64,000 bases of DNA, from IMG/VR virus record IMGVR_UViG_3300045988_128110, positions 1-64,000 of that record; one strand, 5' to 3'. Every line of letters begins with the position of its first letter. Position 1 is the first letter of the stretch. The notes under the pieces are model-generated. The model worked only from the letters and a program-made list of their open reading frames with translations. It had not been told where the DNA came from and ran no database searches. Made by a program: the position numbers and the translations under genes. The stretch is from a virus. Shown here piece by piece: positions 48,564-59,998 of this stretch.

Positions 48564-49730
48564 ATGCATGATATATTAATTTCTAGAGATTCTAGAGGAA
48601 AGGTTAGAGTTGTTGATATTTCTTACGAATGAAATGATACAACTCATAGCTTTCTAATTATTAGGAAAACATCTCAATGAGGAGGCAAAGTAACTAATCA
48701 GCCTATTATTGAAGTTAAAAGAGGAAAGGCACAGCGTACAGCTGCAGAACAAGTTAAGTTGGAATATAACAGTAATGTTAAAAAATATCTTGATAAAGGA
48801 TATAAAAATATTCGAGATTTTAAAATCGAATCACTGGATGATATAGATGATCCAGGAAAACTACTTGGAGATATAACCACAGACCAATCTGGTGCTCCCA
48901 AACCAATGTTGGCTAAAAGCTTTGATGGTGTGGCCACCTCAACATTTGAGCATGAATTTTATGGCTCAACAAAAATAGACGGAACACGATGCCTTATGCA
49001 TTGGAATGGTTCTGAAGTTGTGACTTCTTCAAGGGGAGGAAATAACTATGATGTCGCAGCTAACTATATTAGGAAGGATCCAAAAGTGATGAAGTGACTT
49101 AAAGAGAATCCAAATATATGATTAGATGGAGAATTATATGTGCATGGACTGCCCTTATCATATATTTCTGGTATTGTTAGACTTCAAACCTTAGATGATA
49201 AGCACAAGCAATTAAAGTATTATGTTTACGATTTAGCTATCCCTGATGTAAAATTTAAGGATAGATTAAAGATTTTAGAGGATTTTGAGAAAGCTGTTTC
49301 TGATTCTGACAAAATTGTAATGGTTAAACATGTAAAAATATCAGGTTGGCTAAATATGAAAGCTCTTCACGATCAATATGTTAATGATGGTTGGGAAGGT
49401 TTAGTGATCAGAAATCCAGATAAAGAATACAAGTTTGGCACACGAGATAATCGTATGATTAAACTTAAAATGTTTGAAGATCACGAATATAAAATTCTAG
49501 ATTTAGTAGATGGCCTCAGAGATGAGGATTTATGTTTCTTAATGGAAACTAAAGAAGGATATCAATTCAAGGCTAAGCCTATGGGAGATAGAGCTTTAAA
49601 ACAATGATATCGTGATCACATTGAAGAATTAAAAGGTCAAATGGGTACTGTAAAACATTTTGGAATGACTAAAACAAATACTCCAGTACCTAATCTCCCT
49701 GTATTTAAAGCAGTTCGAAATTATGAATAA
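48564..49730 (+). CDS. ATP-dependent DNA ligase with five in-frame TGA codons
   Basis: Motif I KIDGTR, motif III LDGELYV, motif IV EGLVIRNP, motif V R.IKLK; ATG at 48564 lies 65 codons upstream of tracked ORF 48759; ORFs 48759-49097 and 49140-49607 are TGA-joined; TAA at 49728-49730. Confidence 0.8.
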
Positions 49731-50295
49731 AAATTTAGAAAACATTATTAATCAACTAATTGATTATTACAAGGAAGTAAATGATCTAAAAGAATCAGGA
49801 ATAGATATATCTAAATTAGCTGCTCACAAAGTATTATATAATTTATATACTCAAATGCTAATTGATTCTGTTGGATTAAGTAGAGCTTTAGCAATTCAAA
49901 GATATGCAGAATATCCTACATGTTCTATAGAAGACTTTAATATTTATCTTGATGATCAATATCCAGAAAGGAAAATAGTAGATCGTCCTGATGTAAAAGA
50001 GTTTGAAGAGGATGCTAAAGAAAAGTTTGTCAGAGAACGAATTGAATCTGGAGATTATATACGTGAATCAGGCTCGGGACAGGTTGTTAATTCCGTTACA
50101 GGAAATATCATGGAGTCTGATATACTGGAGAAACTATCTGAAGCAACAAAGGATGAGAAAGTTGTTAAAGATGTATGTCAAAAACTTCCTGAATATTATA
50201 TAAATGGGAAGAAAGTAGCTAAAGAAGCATATGATGAAGCTATGCTTAAAGTAGATAAAATTATTGAAAAATTATTTAAAATAATCGATGAATAA
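49723..50295 (+). CDS. hypothetical protein (190 aa)
   Basis: Complete ORF. Confidence 0.35.
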   Translation: MNKNLENIINQLIDYYKEVNDLKESGIDISKLAAHKVLYNLYTQMLIDSVGLSRALAIQRYAEYPTCSIEDFNIYLDDQYPERKIVDRPDVKEFEEDAKEKFVRERIESGDYIRESGSGQVVNSVTGNIMESDILEKLSEATKDEKVVKDVCQKLPEYYINGKKVAKEAYDEAMLKVDKIIEKLFKIIDE

Positions 50296-50704
50296 CATTT
50301 CTTTTATTGATTTTGTAAATTCAAATATTGAAAAGTATATGAAAGAACAAAATCACAAAATGCTTATTGCATCTAGAAACATCAAATCTGAGTATGTTTA
50401 TATGAAGGAGAAATCTGGAGAAACTGATACTGAGATTATTAAAAAGATGTTTAATAAACGAAAGGAAACTTGTGAGATTTACAAGGATAAGAACCTGGAA
50501 CTCTTTGAAGCTGAAAATCGAGAGATGGTTATTCTTCATCCCTTCCTTCCTGTAAGTGTTCCTAAGAATGTCGTTCTACAATACCTTAATAGGCTTTCTA
50601 TTACAAAAGACAAGAAAAACTTTAAAGCTTTTCAAGATGCTTGTATGGAAGAATTTGGAGAAAAAGTTGAGTCTTCGATTATCTTAGAACACATAAATTC
50701 GTAA
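50288..50704 (+). CDS. hypothetical protein (138 aa)
   Basis: Complete ORF. Confidence 0.35.
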   Translation: MNNISFIDFVNSNIEKYMKEQNHKMLIASRNIKSEYVYMKEKSGETDTEIIKKMFNKRKETCEIYKDKNLELFEAENREMVILHPFLPVSVPKNVVLQYLNRLSITKDKKNFKAFQDACMEEFGEKVESSIILEHINS

Positions 50705-50711
50705 TTTTCAT

Positions 50712-50782
50712 GCCTCAAATTTTGATTAAATTATTATTTTGAAGAGGTAGTTCCAATTAAAATTATAATCGAAATTTGAGGC
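50712..50782. promoter_or_regulatory. perfect 11-bp inverted repeat (gcctcaaattt ... aaatttgaggc) with a 49-nt AT-rich spacer
   Basis: Same architecture as the 41685-41754 repeat, with different arm sequence; intergenic. Confidence 0.35.
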
Positions 50783-50796
50783 TTATTTTTAATATT

Positions 50797-51401
50797 ATGT
50801 CACTATATACAGATTTACAAAGTTGTAAGGTAGAATCAGATGTAGCTATCGTTTACAATAATTTATTCAAGTCACAGTTTGGAATTACTCCTGAACAGAA
50901 AAATAACTGTGATTCATACTTCTATTTGGGGGGGGGATCCCTGTTTTAGTGGAATTCAAATATAATGAAAACTTTAATAATAGAGTTAGCTTAGTTAAGG
51001 TTTTTATTCAAGTTTTATTTTACTTAAAATCTTTTAAGGAACCACCTTTGGTTACAATTATTGCTGATTTAAATGAATTTATTATAATTAATAATTCAGT
51101 ATTGTTTGACTATCTAGAAGAAGATCTAGATTGGAGCGTAAATCCCTCTATTGCTCCTAAATGTAATCAGGGTTTAATAGATAAGATGCTATTAGATTCT
51201 AATCTAATGAAAACGATTGTATACCCAATTAAAGAGACTACTGCTGATGAAGAACTTTCCTCTTTAATTTTGGCAAAAAGTAAGGAATCAATTATCTATT
51301 ATATTTATGATTGTGTAAACAAATTTAAAAGTTCTAAAGCTAAAGGGCTCGATAAACAGATCTCAAAGCTATTTAAGAATCTAAGTATATATTGTAAGTA
51401 A
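50797..51401 (+). pseudogene. hypothetical gene split by a frameshift at a G9 homopolymer (50928-50936); one extra G fuses ORF 50797-50949 (frame 1) with tracked ORF 50949-51401 (frame 0)
   Basis: Codon-by-codon reading shows frame 1 reaches TAG at 50947-50949, 11 nt after the G-run, while frame 0 is open from 50907 through 51401; G10 gives one 201-aa protein. Confidence 0.4.
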
Positions 51402-51537
51402 ATTATGTTAAAAATAATATTTAATAAGGAGGATTTAGGGTGTCGCAAGGTGTTTTTCACCAGCGACACTCATTAGTTACTTTCGTCATGGTAACATAAT
51501 TAAGTATTGTGATCGTCCATTTAATAGTATTCAAGAA

Positions 51538-52053
51538 ATGGATCATGCATTGATTCAAAACTGGAATAAAGTGGTTAGTGAGGATGATATAGTTTTTCAT
51601 TTGGGCGATTTTGCTTTTGCAGATAAAAGTAAATGGCGCCAAATAGCTAATGCTCTTAAAGGTAGAAAATATCTTATTCAAGGCAATCATGATAGAAGTG
51701 ATGATATTCCTACTGAGTGTTTTGAAGCTGTAGGAGACATGATGCAAGTATCTATTTATGATACAGAATTAGAAGACTACTCAACTTTTATCATGACTCA
51801 TTATCCTTTAGCTACATGGGCAGGAATCAACAGAAGTATTTGTAACTTGCATGGGCATATTCATAGCACTCCTGATTTAAAAGGAACAGGATTTGACATT
51901 GTAATTGCTAAAAATGCACCATGGAATCAGTACGATGTAGGAGTAGACAGAAATAATTTTACTCCAGTTAGCTATGAAGATTTGAAAACTATCTTTACAA
52001 AACGAATGCTTTATGGAAATAAATCAATTAAGGGTTCACGAAAGAGTGATTAA
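51538..52053 (+). CDS. metallophosphoesterase (calcineurin-like)
   Basis: HLGDFAF and GNHD motifs; the frame is open upstream without an ATG, so the start is uncertain. Confidence 0.55.
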   Translation: MDHALIQNWNKVVSEDDIVFHLGDFAFADKSKWRQIANALKGRKYLIQGNHDRSDDIPTECFEAVGDMMQVSIYDTELEDYSTFIMTHYPLATWAGINRSICNLHGHIHSTPDLKGTGFDIVIAKNAPWNQYDVGVDRNNFTPVSYEDLKTIFTKRMLYGNKSIKGSRKSD

Positions 52054-52182
52054 CTTTCTTTATAGAAATTTTGAACAGGGAGTGTTCAGAGTTGATGAAG
52101 AAGGGTACGAATATGTGGATGAAAAATATATTAATTTATATGATTCATTAGCATCTAAAATTTGGGAAACCGAATCTCTAAT

Positions 52183-52614
52183 ATGGATTTAAATATTTAT
52201 GTAGAGAAATTGTATCAGGCTTGAATTAAATATAAAGGAGTTAGAATTCTTGTAGACTATGATGATACAATTAAACCGTATAATACAGCTTCTGAAGCTC
52301 TTTGTAAAGACATAATTAATACTTTAATTGAAGCCCAAGAACTAGGAGCTACGGTAGTTCTATGGACCTGTAGATCTGGGACCCGTTTAAAGGAAGCTGT
52401 AAATTATTGTAAATCTGTAGGATTAGAATTTACTGATATCAATCCTGTAGAACCTTTCTTACCAGGGTATTCTATGAAAGCCTATGGTAATATACTACTT
52501 GATGATAAAGCTGGATTAGAACAAGCTTTAATTACATTAAAATTAGCATTATACAAATATAAAAAGTTCGTTTATGAAATTAACGAGAAGCAAAGATTGC
52601 AATCCTAACTACCT
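52183..52614 (+). CDS. hypothetical protein (143 aa) with one TGA
   Basis: ATG at 52183 to TAA at about 52612-52614; overlaps the start of the RNA ligase gene. Confidence 0.3.
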
Positions 52615-53953
52615 TGCTAAGATTGTACAAATTGATTCATTTAGACCTCACCCTAATGCTGAGCGTCTAAAGTTAGCAACTGTTGATGGATATATAATTT
52701 CCACATCAATTGATTCTGCAGAGGGAATCTATGTATATTTTCCTGTTGAATGTGTTATCAATTCCGACTTTTTGAAGGTTAATAATCTTTACAGAAAAGC
52801 AGACCTTAATCTTGATCCTACTAAACAAGGATTTTTTGAAGAGTCTGGTCGAGTAAAATGTATTAAACTAAGAGGACTTGCATCAGAAGGGCTTATCATG
52901 CCTATCTATGAGTTGTGTAAATTTGCTGGAGAAGGAATTGCAGAACCTATAGATTCTGTTGAAATGTCAAAATTAGTAGGAACAGAATTTGATACTGTAA
53001 ATGATAAATTGTTTGTCTGGAAGTATGTAATTCCTACTAAAACTTCTGGTGGAGGAATTAATGGCTCAGCTAAAGAAAAGAAGAAAGTTCTTAATATAGT
53101 TGACGATCAATTCCATTTTCACATTGATACAGAACAGCTACAGAAAAATATTCATAAGGTTCAGCCAACTGACATCATTAATATCTCTTGGAAAGAGCAT
53201 GGAACAAGTTTGATCCTATGTAACCTACTTACTAAGAAAAATCTTTCTCTGAAGGAAAAAATTGCTAAATTCTTTGGAGTTCCTGTATCTGAAAGTGAAT
53301 ATAAGAAATTCTGTTCATCTAGAAAGGTTATCAAAAACCCTGAACTAAATCCTGGTATGACCAAAGGATATTACGATTGTGATATTTGGAATCTTGCCTT
53401 CGAAGTATTAAAGGATTACTTATCTAAGGGGCTTTCTATCTACGCAGAAATTGTGGGATATATGCCTACAGGATCTATGATTCAATCTGGATATGATTAT
53501 CAATGTATCTATGATCCTAAAACTTATGAGTATTCAAAAATGACTCCTAAACAAATGTATGATGCAAAACTGTTTGACATTATTGTTTACAGAATTACAT
53601 ACACTAATGTAGAGGGAAGAGTTTTTGAATTCTCTACTCAACAAATGAAGACCTTCTGTGAAAAGTATGGAATTCATTGTATTAAAGAGCTCTACTATGG
53701 AACAGCACAACAACTATTCCCTGAGTTGAATCCCAATGAGCATTGGCATGAAAATTTCTTGCAAGCATTGAGAGATAAATATTTAGAGAGAGAGTCTGTT
53801 CTTTGTAACAACAAAGTTCCCGAAGAGGGAATTGTACTTCGTAGAGAAGTAAGTGAAATTGATGTTTATAAACTTAAGTCAGTAGCATTCCTTGAGAGAG
53901 AAACTAAGATGCTCGATAAGGGGGAAGCTGACATTGAATCAGGACAAGAATAA
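52574..53953 (+). CDS. RNA ligase (Rnl2-like nucleotidyltransferase) with an N-terminal extension
   Basis: Motif I KEHGTS (KxHGT), motif IV EGIVLR, motif V YKLK. Confidence 0.6.
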   Translation: MKLTRSKDCNPNYLAKIVQIDSFRPHPNAERLKLATVDGYIISTSIDSAEGIYVYFPVECVINSDFLKVNNLYRKADLNLDPTKQGFFEESGRVKCIKLRGLASEGLIMPIYELCKFAGEGIAEPIDSVEMSKLVGTEFDTVNDKLFVWKYVIPTKTSGGGINGSAKEKKKVLNIVDDQFHFHIDTEQLQKNIHKVQPTDIINISWKEHGTSLILCNLLTKKNLSLKEKIAKFFGVPVSESEYKKFCSSRKVIKNPELNPGMTKGYYDCDIWNLAFEVLKDYLSKGLSIYAEIVGYMPTGSMIQSGYDYQCIYDPKTYEYSKMTPKQMYDAKLFDIIVYRITYTNVEGRVFEFSTQQMKTFCEKYGIHCIKELYYGTAQQLFPELNPNEHWHENFLQALRDKYLERESVLCNNKVPEEGIVLRREVSEIDVYKLKSVAFLERETKMLDKGEADIESGQE

Positions 53954-54468
53954 TGAGGTCGTTTTCTAAAGAAGAAATTCAGGCACTCAAAGAAAACAAG
54001 GAAGTTTTATATTTTTATAAGCTTCCTTGTTCTTTATTTGATTCTGGATTTCAATATATTATTGTTACTGATGCTCTAGAACCTCCTGAAAAATATGATA
54101 ATGTAAAATATCTTTCTTCTCAGTGTTGGTTTCAAAGAATGCAAAATGGGAGTTTACTCCCAATAGTTTGCACATCACTTGGAAAATCCTATAAGATAAA
54201 AGAATATGTATCTGTCTATGTAAAGCCAGATATTATAAAGCTTAGAAAATTACTGGAAAACAGTTTATTAGGAGCTTGTAAATATCCTTGAAGTTTATCT
54301 GATGATGAAATTATACAAGAATCTTTATGGGGAATCCAAGTAATTAAAGAGGGAAGAGTGAATAGAATTGATGTATTTAAATCAATTTATAAGGTGACTG
54401 AAGCTTTTAGTGAATTTTTAGAAGTATCTGCACCAATGTATCAAATGTGGAGGGAGAATAATGAGTAA
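53953..54468 (+). CDS. hypothetical protein (171 aa); one TGA
   Basis: The tracked ORF ends at a TGA and continues to TAA at 54466-54468. Confidence 0.35.
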
Positions 54469-55360
54469 GATGATCGTACTTCAAGGCTGTCCTGCTTCAG
54501 GTAAAAGTACCTGGGCTAAAGAGTTTATAAAGGATAAGCCTAACTGGGTAATTGTATCCAGAGATGAAATTAGAGAGGGAACTGGTAAATATTGAGTTCC
54601 ATCTCGTGAAAATTATATTTCTGATATTGAAGAATTTTCTATTAGAGCAGCTATTAATCATAACTTAAACGTTATTGTAGATGCCACTAATCTTAATCAG
54701 AAAACTATTGATAAGTTAACTAAACTCGCTACTGAACTAAAGGTAGACATAGAGTTTAAAAAGTTTGTTATTTCATTTAATGAAGCGTACTGGCGTGATA
54801 CGAAAAGAACTCGTAAAGTAGGACTGGCAGTATTACGTAGGTTCTTTAATACATATTTTCCTGATATGTCTCAGGAAATTGTAAACCAAGAAAAGGAATC
54901 TTCAGCTAAAGAAAGATTTATTCTTAAACAAGATGAAACTCTTCCTCATGCTATTATTTGTGATATTGATGGAACTTTATCATTAATGAATGGAAGAGGT
55001 CCGTTTGAGTATCATCGAGTAAATGAGGATCTTCCAAATAATCCTGTCATTGATTTAGTTAACTCTTTATCAAAGATGTATCAAATTATTATTGTTACAG
55101 GTCGTGAAGATACCGAAGTATGTAGGAAAGAAACTCTTAAATGGCTGAATAGATATTTAACATGTAGCGATTTTTTATTCTATATGAGAAAAGAAAAAGA
55201 TTATAGAAAGGATGCTATTGTTAAGACTGAAATTTATAATGAACACATTAAAGATAAATATTGTGTAGCTGCGGTATTCGACGATCGAGACCAGGTTGTG
55301 AACGATTGTTGGAGAAAGCTAGGATTACTATGCAATCAGGTTTGGAAAGGAGATTTTTAA
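54461..55360 (+). CDS. pnk: polynucleotide 5'-kinase/3'-phosphatase (T4 Pnk-like) with two in-frame TGA
   Basis: Kinase P-loop GCPASGKST at the N-terminus; HAD phosphatase ICDIDGTL; ATG at 54461 lies 135 codons upstream of tracked ORF 54866 in frame. Confidence 0.8.
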
Positions 55361-55361
55361 T

Positions 55362-55625
55362 ATGACTGTTGATGAATTTAATGATAAATGGAAGAACCAT
55401 TTAGAAGAAGGATTTGAAGGATTGGAGTTTAGTGATGCTGAAGGGAAGGTTGTGGATTGGTTAGATAAACATTTTGTTTTATTTGAATTAATAAATCCAG
55501 AGTTTACTTATGTGCAAATTAAACTCAAATTTGGAATGGCTAGAGTATATCTTCAAGGGCTTCCTAGTACATGTGCACAAATAGCAGAAGATGCAATAAA
55601 TAAAATTATGAAATGCGAACTTTAA
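55362..55625 (+). CDS. hypothetical protein (87 aa)
   Basis: Complete ORF. Confidence 0.3.
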   Translation: MTVDEFNDKWKNHLEEGFEGLEFSDAEGKVVDWLDKHFVLFELINPEFTYVQIKLKFGMARVYLQGLPSTCAQIAEDAINKIMKCEL

Positions 55626-56352
55626 TTAAATTATATCAGATGCTTTATATAGGAGTATGTAGGATGAATTACTGCATTACTCCTATATATGAGCCTATTC
55701 TATTATTTATTAGTTCTTATGTCTAAGAATATTCCTGATAGCTGTTGAGATAATGATCCTTCAGCACCTTGGAATGATATACAAGTAACTTATAATTATA
55801 GGTTATATGTAAATCTCGATGGTATTCTATTTGCTTCCGAAATTATAAGAGAAGTAACTACATTTGGCCACTTTGAAATCAAATCTCCAGATGATTGGTC
55901 TTTTCTTGAAAATGATATCTATCAAGTTATAGAAGATAATCTTGGGGATGAAATTAAGGAATGTAACTACAAGATTGACTTACTAAACTGAAGCTATAAT
56001 GAATAAATATGTAATTGTAGAATGACCAGATATTCAATTTTTAATGACTGAATCTGGTTTTAACGAACATGCCTGTCTCATTAATGATGATGAATGAGTG
56101 TCTAAATATGGTTCTTCTGCATACTTTGTTGAAGAAGAATGATTAAATAGAATATCATATGAAAGCTAAAGTTAAAGGATTTGATCTTGAAGTTGAACCA
56201 ATGACAAAATATGATTATAATGATCGTATTTTGAAACTTCAAGTACAACATAGAGAAAATAAGAGAATCAATGGATTCTATTGCAACTGGAATGGTTATA
56301 AGTTCTGAATAGATGAAATTGATTTTAACAAGATATATACTATTGAAGAATA

Positions 56353-58344
56353 ATGATATACTTAGTCACTAACGCTCCAGCCTTAATAAAACCCACTAAA
56401 TATACTTGTATTTCTGTTAAAGAAGCTTTAAGTATGTTGGAAAGGTTAAAGATTGTTGGTGTGGATACTGAAACTGAGGGTTTCGATGTCTATACTAAAA
56501 AACTGTTATCTCTTCAGCTAGGATGCTTTGATTTTCAGGTAGTTATTGATTGTACAACAGTTAATGTTTTGTTATTTAAAGATTATCTTGAATCTGAGCG
56601 ATTATTTCTTTTTTGAAATGCAAAATTTGACTTAAAATTTTTATACTACTATGGAATTATTCCAAGATATGTATGGGATGGGTATCTTGCAGAGAAGCTT
56701 ATGTGGCTCGGATATCCTTCTGGTATGCATGGAATGGGTCTTAAAGATGCAGGAATAAATTATCTTGGAGTAGAACTGGATAAGACTGTTCGAGGTCAAA
56801 TTATAAATAAGGGTTTAACAGAAGATGTTATAGTTTATGCTGGAACAGATGTTAAATACCTAGAACCTATAATGGAGAAGCAAAAAGAAAAACTTAAAGA
56901 ACAAGGACTTCTTGATGCTATCCGTGTTGAAAACACATTTGTTAGATGTTTAGCTTATATTGAATTCTGTGGAGCTAAAATTGATCCAGAGAAATGGAAA
57001 AAGAAACTGGAGAATGATTCTAACTTATGTGAAGATTTAATCTGTCAACTCAATAAATGAGTTGAAGATAATATGGGAGGTAAGTATACAACTGTAAATA
57101 GACAAGGTGATCTGTTTGATGGATTTGATACTCGTCCCAGATGTCATATTAATTGAAAGAGTGCACAACAAGTGATTCCTCTTTTTGAAGATCTTGGTTT
57201 AAATCTTTCAGTAATTGATCCTAAGACCAAACGTCCAAAAAAGTCTACTGATATTAAAGTTATAGGACCGCAAGCTTCTAAAAGTCCATTAATTTCTATA
57301 TTTATGGAGTATAAGAAAGCTGCGATTTTAGTAGATACCTTCGGAGAAAAGTTTTTAGATCTTATAAATCCAAAGACTAAACGCATTCATGCTAATTTTA
57401 ACCAGTTAGGCACTGATACAGGCCGATTGAGTTCAACTAATCCGAATCTTCAAAATCTCCCAAGTGATGCTTTAACACGTTCTTGTTTCATTGCAGAGCC
57501 AGGCAATAAATGGATTTCAGCTGACTATTCTGGCCAAGAAAGTTTTTTAATGGCATCCATTGCCAATGATAAAGCTATGCTTGACGAATTAGTGAATGGT
57601 TCAGGAGACTTACATAGCCTAACTGCTAAAATGGTATTCCTTGAAATTCCAAGAGACACTCCACTTAAAGCAATTAAAACAGAGTATCATCATCTAAGAA
57701 AAGAAGCAAAGGGCTATGAATTCTGTTTTAATTATGGAGGAATGGATAATACTCTTGTTAGAAATTATGGAATTTCTGAAGAGCGGGCCAAAGAAATCTA
57801 TACTAACTACATGGAGGGTTTCTCAGGACTGAGAGACTATCAAAAGTTTAGAAGAAAGGATGTAATGGAAAAAGGATATATACTTTTAAGTCCAATTACT
57901 GGGCATAAAGCATATATCTATGACTTTGCTGAACTTAAACGCCTCTGGAAAAAACAATGTGAGAAAGGATTCTGGGAGTATTATAGAGAAATGAAACGAG
58001 ATGCCCCAGATTGTGAAACTGTACAAAATGTTAGAAAATTAGCAAAAAGACGTGCAGAGTCCGAGAAACAGTCAATCAACTACCCTATTCAGGCCGCTGG
58101 CGCCCTTACATTCAAGTATGCGTCTATTTTTCTATTTAAATATTTACAGGAACATAATTTATTGTTTAAAGTAAAGTATTGTATACCTGTGCACGATGAA
58201 ATTAATCTTGAGGCTCCTGCGGAGATTGCAGAAGAGATAGGAAAAGTTCTTGTACAATGTATGGAGAAGGCTGGTGCAGTATTTTGTAAAAGAGCTAAGC
58301 TTAGTGCTGATTTGACTATTGGAGATTATTGGATACATGAATAA
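56353..58344 (+). CDS. polA: family A DNA polymerase (Pol I-like, with 3'-5' exonuclease domain); three tracked ORFs joined by three TGA codons
   Basis: Exo motifs VGVDTETEG and NAKFDLKFL; motif A DYSGQE; KEAKGYEFCFNYGG; motif C VHDEI; ORFs 56353-56616, 56701-57060 and 57172-58344 are in one frame with only TGAs between them. Confidence 0.85.
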
Positions 58345-58352
58345 TTATAAAT

Positions 58353-58613
58353 ATGATAAAATTAATTAAATTTGGAGCATCATGGTGCGGTCCTTGCCGT
58401 GCCATGATGCCTATTCTTGAAGAACTCAAAAATAAAATAGAAATAGAAGATATTGATGTGGATGAAGTGGATCCTATTGTGTTAACTAACTATAAAATTA
58501 GAAATATTCCTGTACTTATTTTACTACAGGATAATAAGGAAGTTTGGAGGCATGTAGGAAGTATTTCTAAAGTAGAATTAGAAGATAAAATTAAAGAATA
58601 TGAGGCTAATTAA
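58353..58613 (+). CDS. trx: thioredoxin
   Basis: WCGPC active site. Confidence 0.8.
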   Translation: MIKLIKFGASWCGPCRAMMPILEELKNKIEIEDIDVDEVDPIVLTNYKIRNIPVLILLQDNKEVWRHVGSISKVELEDKIKEYEAN

Positions 58614-59526
58614 ATCATCTTTTGAAATACTTGAACAGGAACCAGGTATTCAAGGAATATATAAACAAATTGAACGAGCAGGGAGAACGTGCTACAAATC
58701 AGAGGATCGTATTACAGAGGATTCTGCAGAGAAGTTTGTTAATATGATTAAGGATAGACAGCACACAGCTATGCTAGAACATGGTACTGTATATTTAGAA
58801 ACAGAAAACCCCAGAGTGTATTATAAGTATGTTAATAAGCAGTACAGTAAAGTTAATATTATTAAATACACTAAAACTGGTTCTGATATAATTACTCCAC
58901 AAAATCCTTTATATGAAAGAGGACATGTTACCACTAATTACCGAGTTTTATATGAAAATAACTGGCTTGATGATCTAAAATATCTCTGTGAACCTACTGA
59001 GCATCATGAAAAACGAATTACAGTAAAGTTCCTTCTTCCAATTTCTATAAGTCGTGAATTTTGTCGTCATCGCGTGTTCTCATTTGCGGAAATGAGCACT
59101 AGGTACTGTAATTATAACGCTGATAAATTTAATAATGAACTTACTTTTATTATCCCCTATTGGTCCTCTTTAAAGGAAGCTAGATATGTTTATTGGGATG
59201 GAGATTATGTAGAAAATACTACTCCAGAATCTTTACCACATAAGATTTTAAAACATGTTGTTGGTGATGAAGATGATATGTTTTTATCTGTATGTGAACA
59301 ATCTGAATTAACTTACAGATTTTTGACTAATAAAGGAATGAAAGCACAAGAAGCTAGAGAAGTTCTTCCTCTATGCACAAAAACAGAACTAATTATGACT
59401 GGAACTGTTGAACAATGGAAAGGGTTTTTCAAACTACGATGTGATAAAGCTGCACATCCCCAAGCTCGCGAACTAGCTGTTCCTTTAAAAGAGGAATTCA
59501 TAAAAAGAAACTTAATAAATAGTTAA
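58600..59526 (+). CDS. thyX: flavin-dependent thymidylate synthase (ThyX)
   Basis: RHR motif REFCRHRVFSFAEMSTRY and an upstream LEHGT. Confidence 0.8.
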   Translation: MRLIKSSFEILEQEPGIQGIYKQIERAGRTCYKSEDRITEDSAEKFVNMIKDRQHTAMLEHGTVYLETENPRVYYKYVNKQYSKVNIIKYTKTGSDIITPQNPLYERGHVTTNYRVLYENNWLDDLKYLCEPTEHHEKRITVKFLLPISISREFCRHRVFSFAEMSTRYCNYNADKFNNELTFIIPYWSSLKEARYVYWDGDYVENTTPESLPHKILKHVVGDEDDMFLSVCEQSELTYRFLTNKGMKAQEAREVLPLCTKTELIMTGTVEQWKGFFKLRCDKAAHPQARELAVPLKEEFIKRNLINS

Positions 59527-59690
59527 TATATGGAAGAAATTTGTGGAGATAATAGGTTCGAAATAATTGCTAAAGCTAAAGAAGATATAATGTCAAGTAC
59601 TAATATTAAATCATCTTCAGATGAGATGAAAGTACTTGATAATTTTCTATTTAGATGTTGGCAAATGGGATGGTTAAATAAATATGAATA

Positions 59691-59981
59691 ATGACTAGAT
59701 TAGAATTTTCAGAAATGTATCCCTACGCTGTAGATGGTTCCAGAAGAAGTGCAATTTTTGGAGAAAAGAGAGCACTTCTTGTTAAAATTTTACAGCAAGG
59801 ATCCCCAATATATCAAGATACTTTTTATTATGGTCATGCAGAAAAATCAGACCATTTTAAGGAAGTAACAGTTGATGATATTGATAGTATAGCTGGATGG
59901 AGAGATTGCCATTATTACACTCTATATACAGATAGACAAGGTAATAGTGCTTGGATTTTATCAGGAGGAAGATACGATTAA
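59691..59981 (+). CDS. hypothetical protein (96 aa)
   Basis: Complete ORF. Confidence 0.3.
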   Translation: MTRLEFSEMYPYAVDGSRRSAIFGEKRALLVKILQQGSPIYQDTFYYGHAEKSDHFKEVTVDDIDSIAGWRDCHYYTLYTDRQGNSAWILSGGRYD

Positions 59982-59998
59982 TATGGAGATAAATAAAT

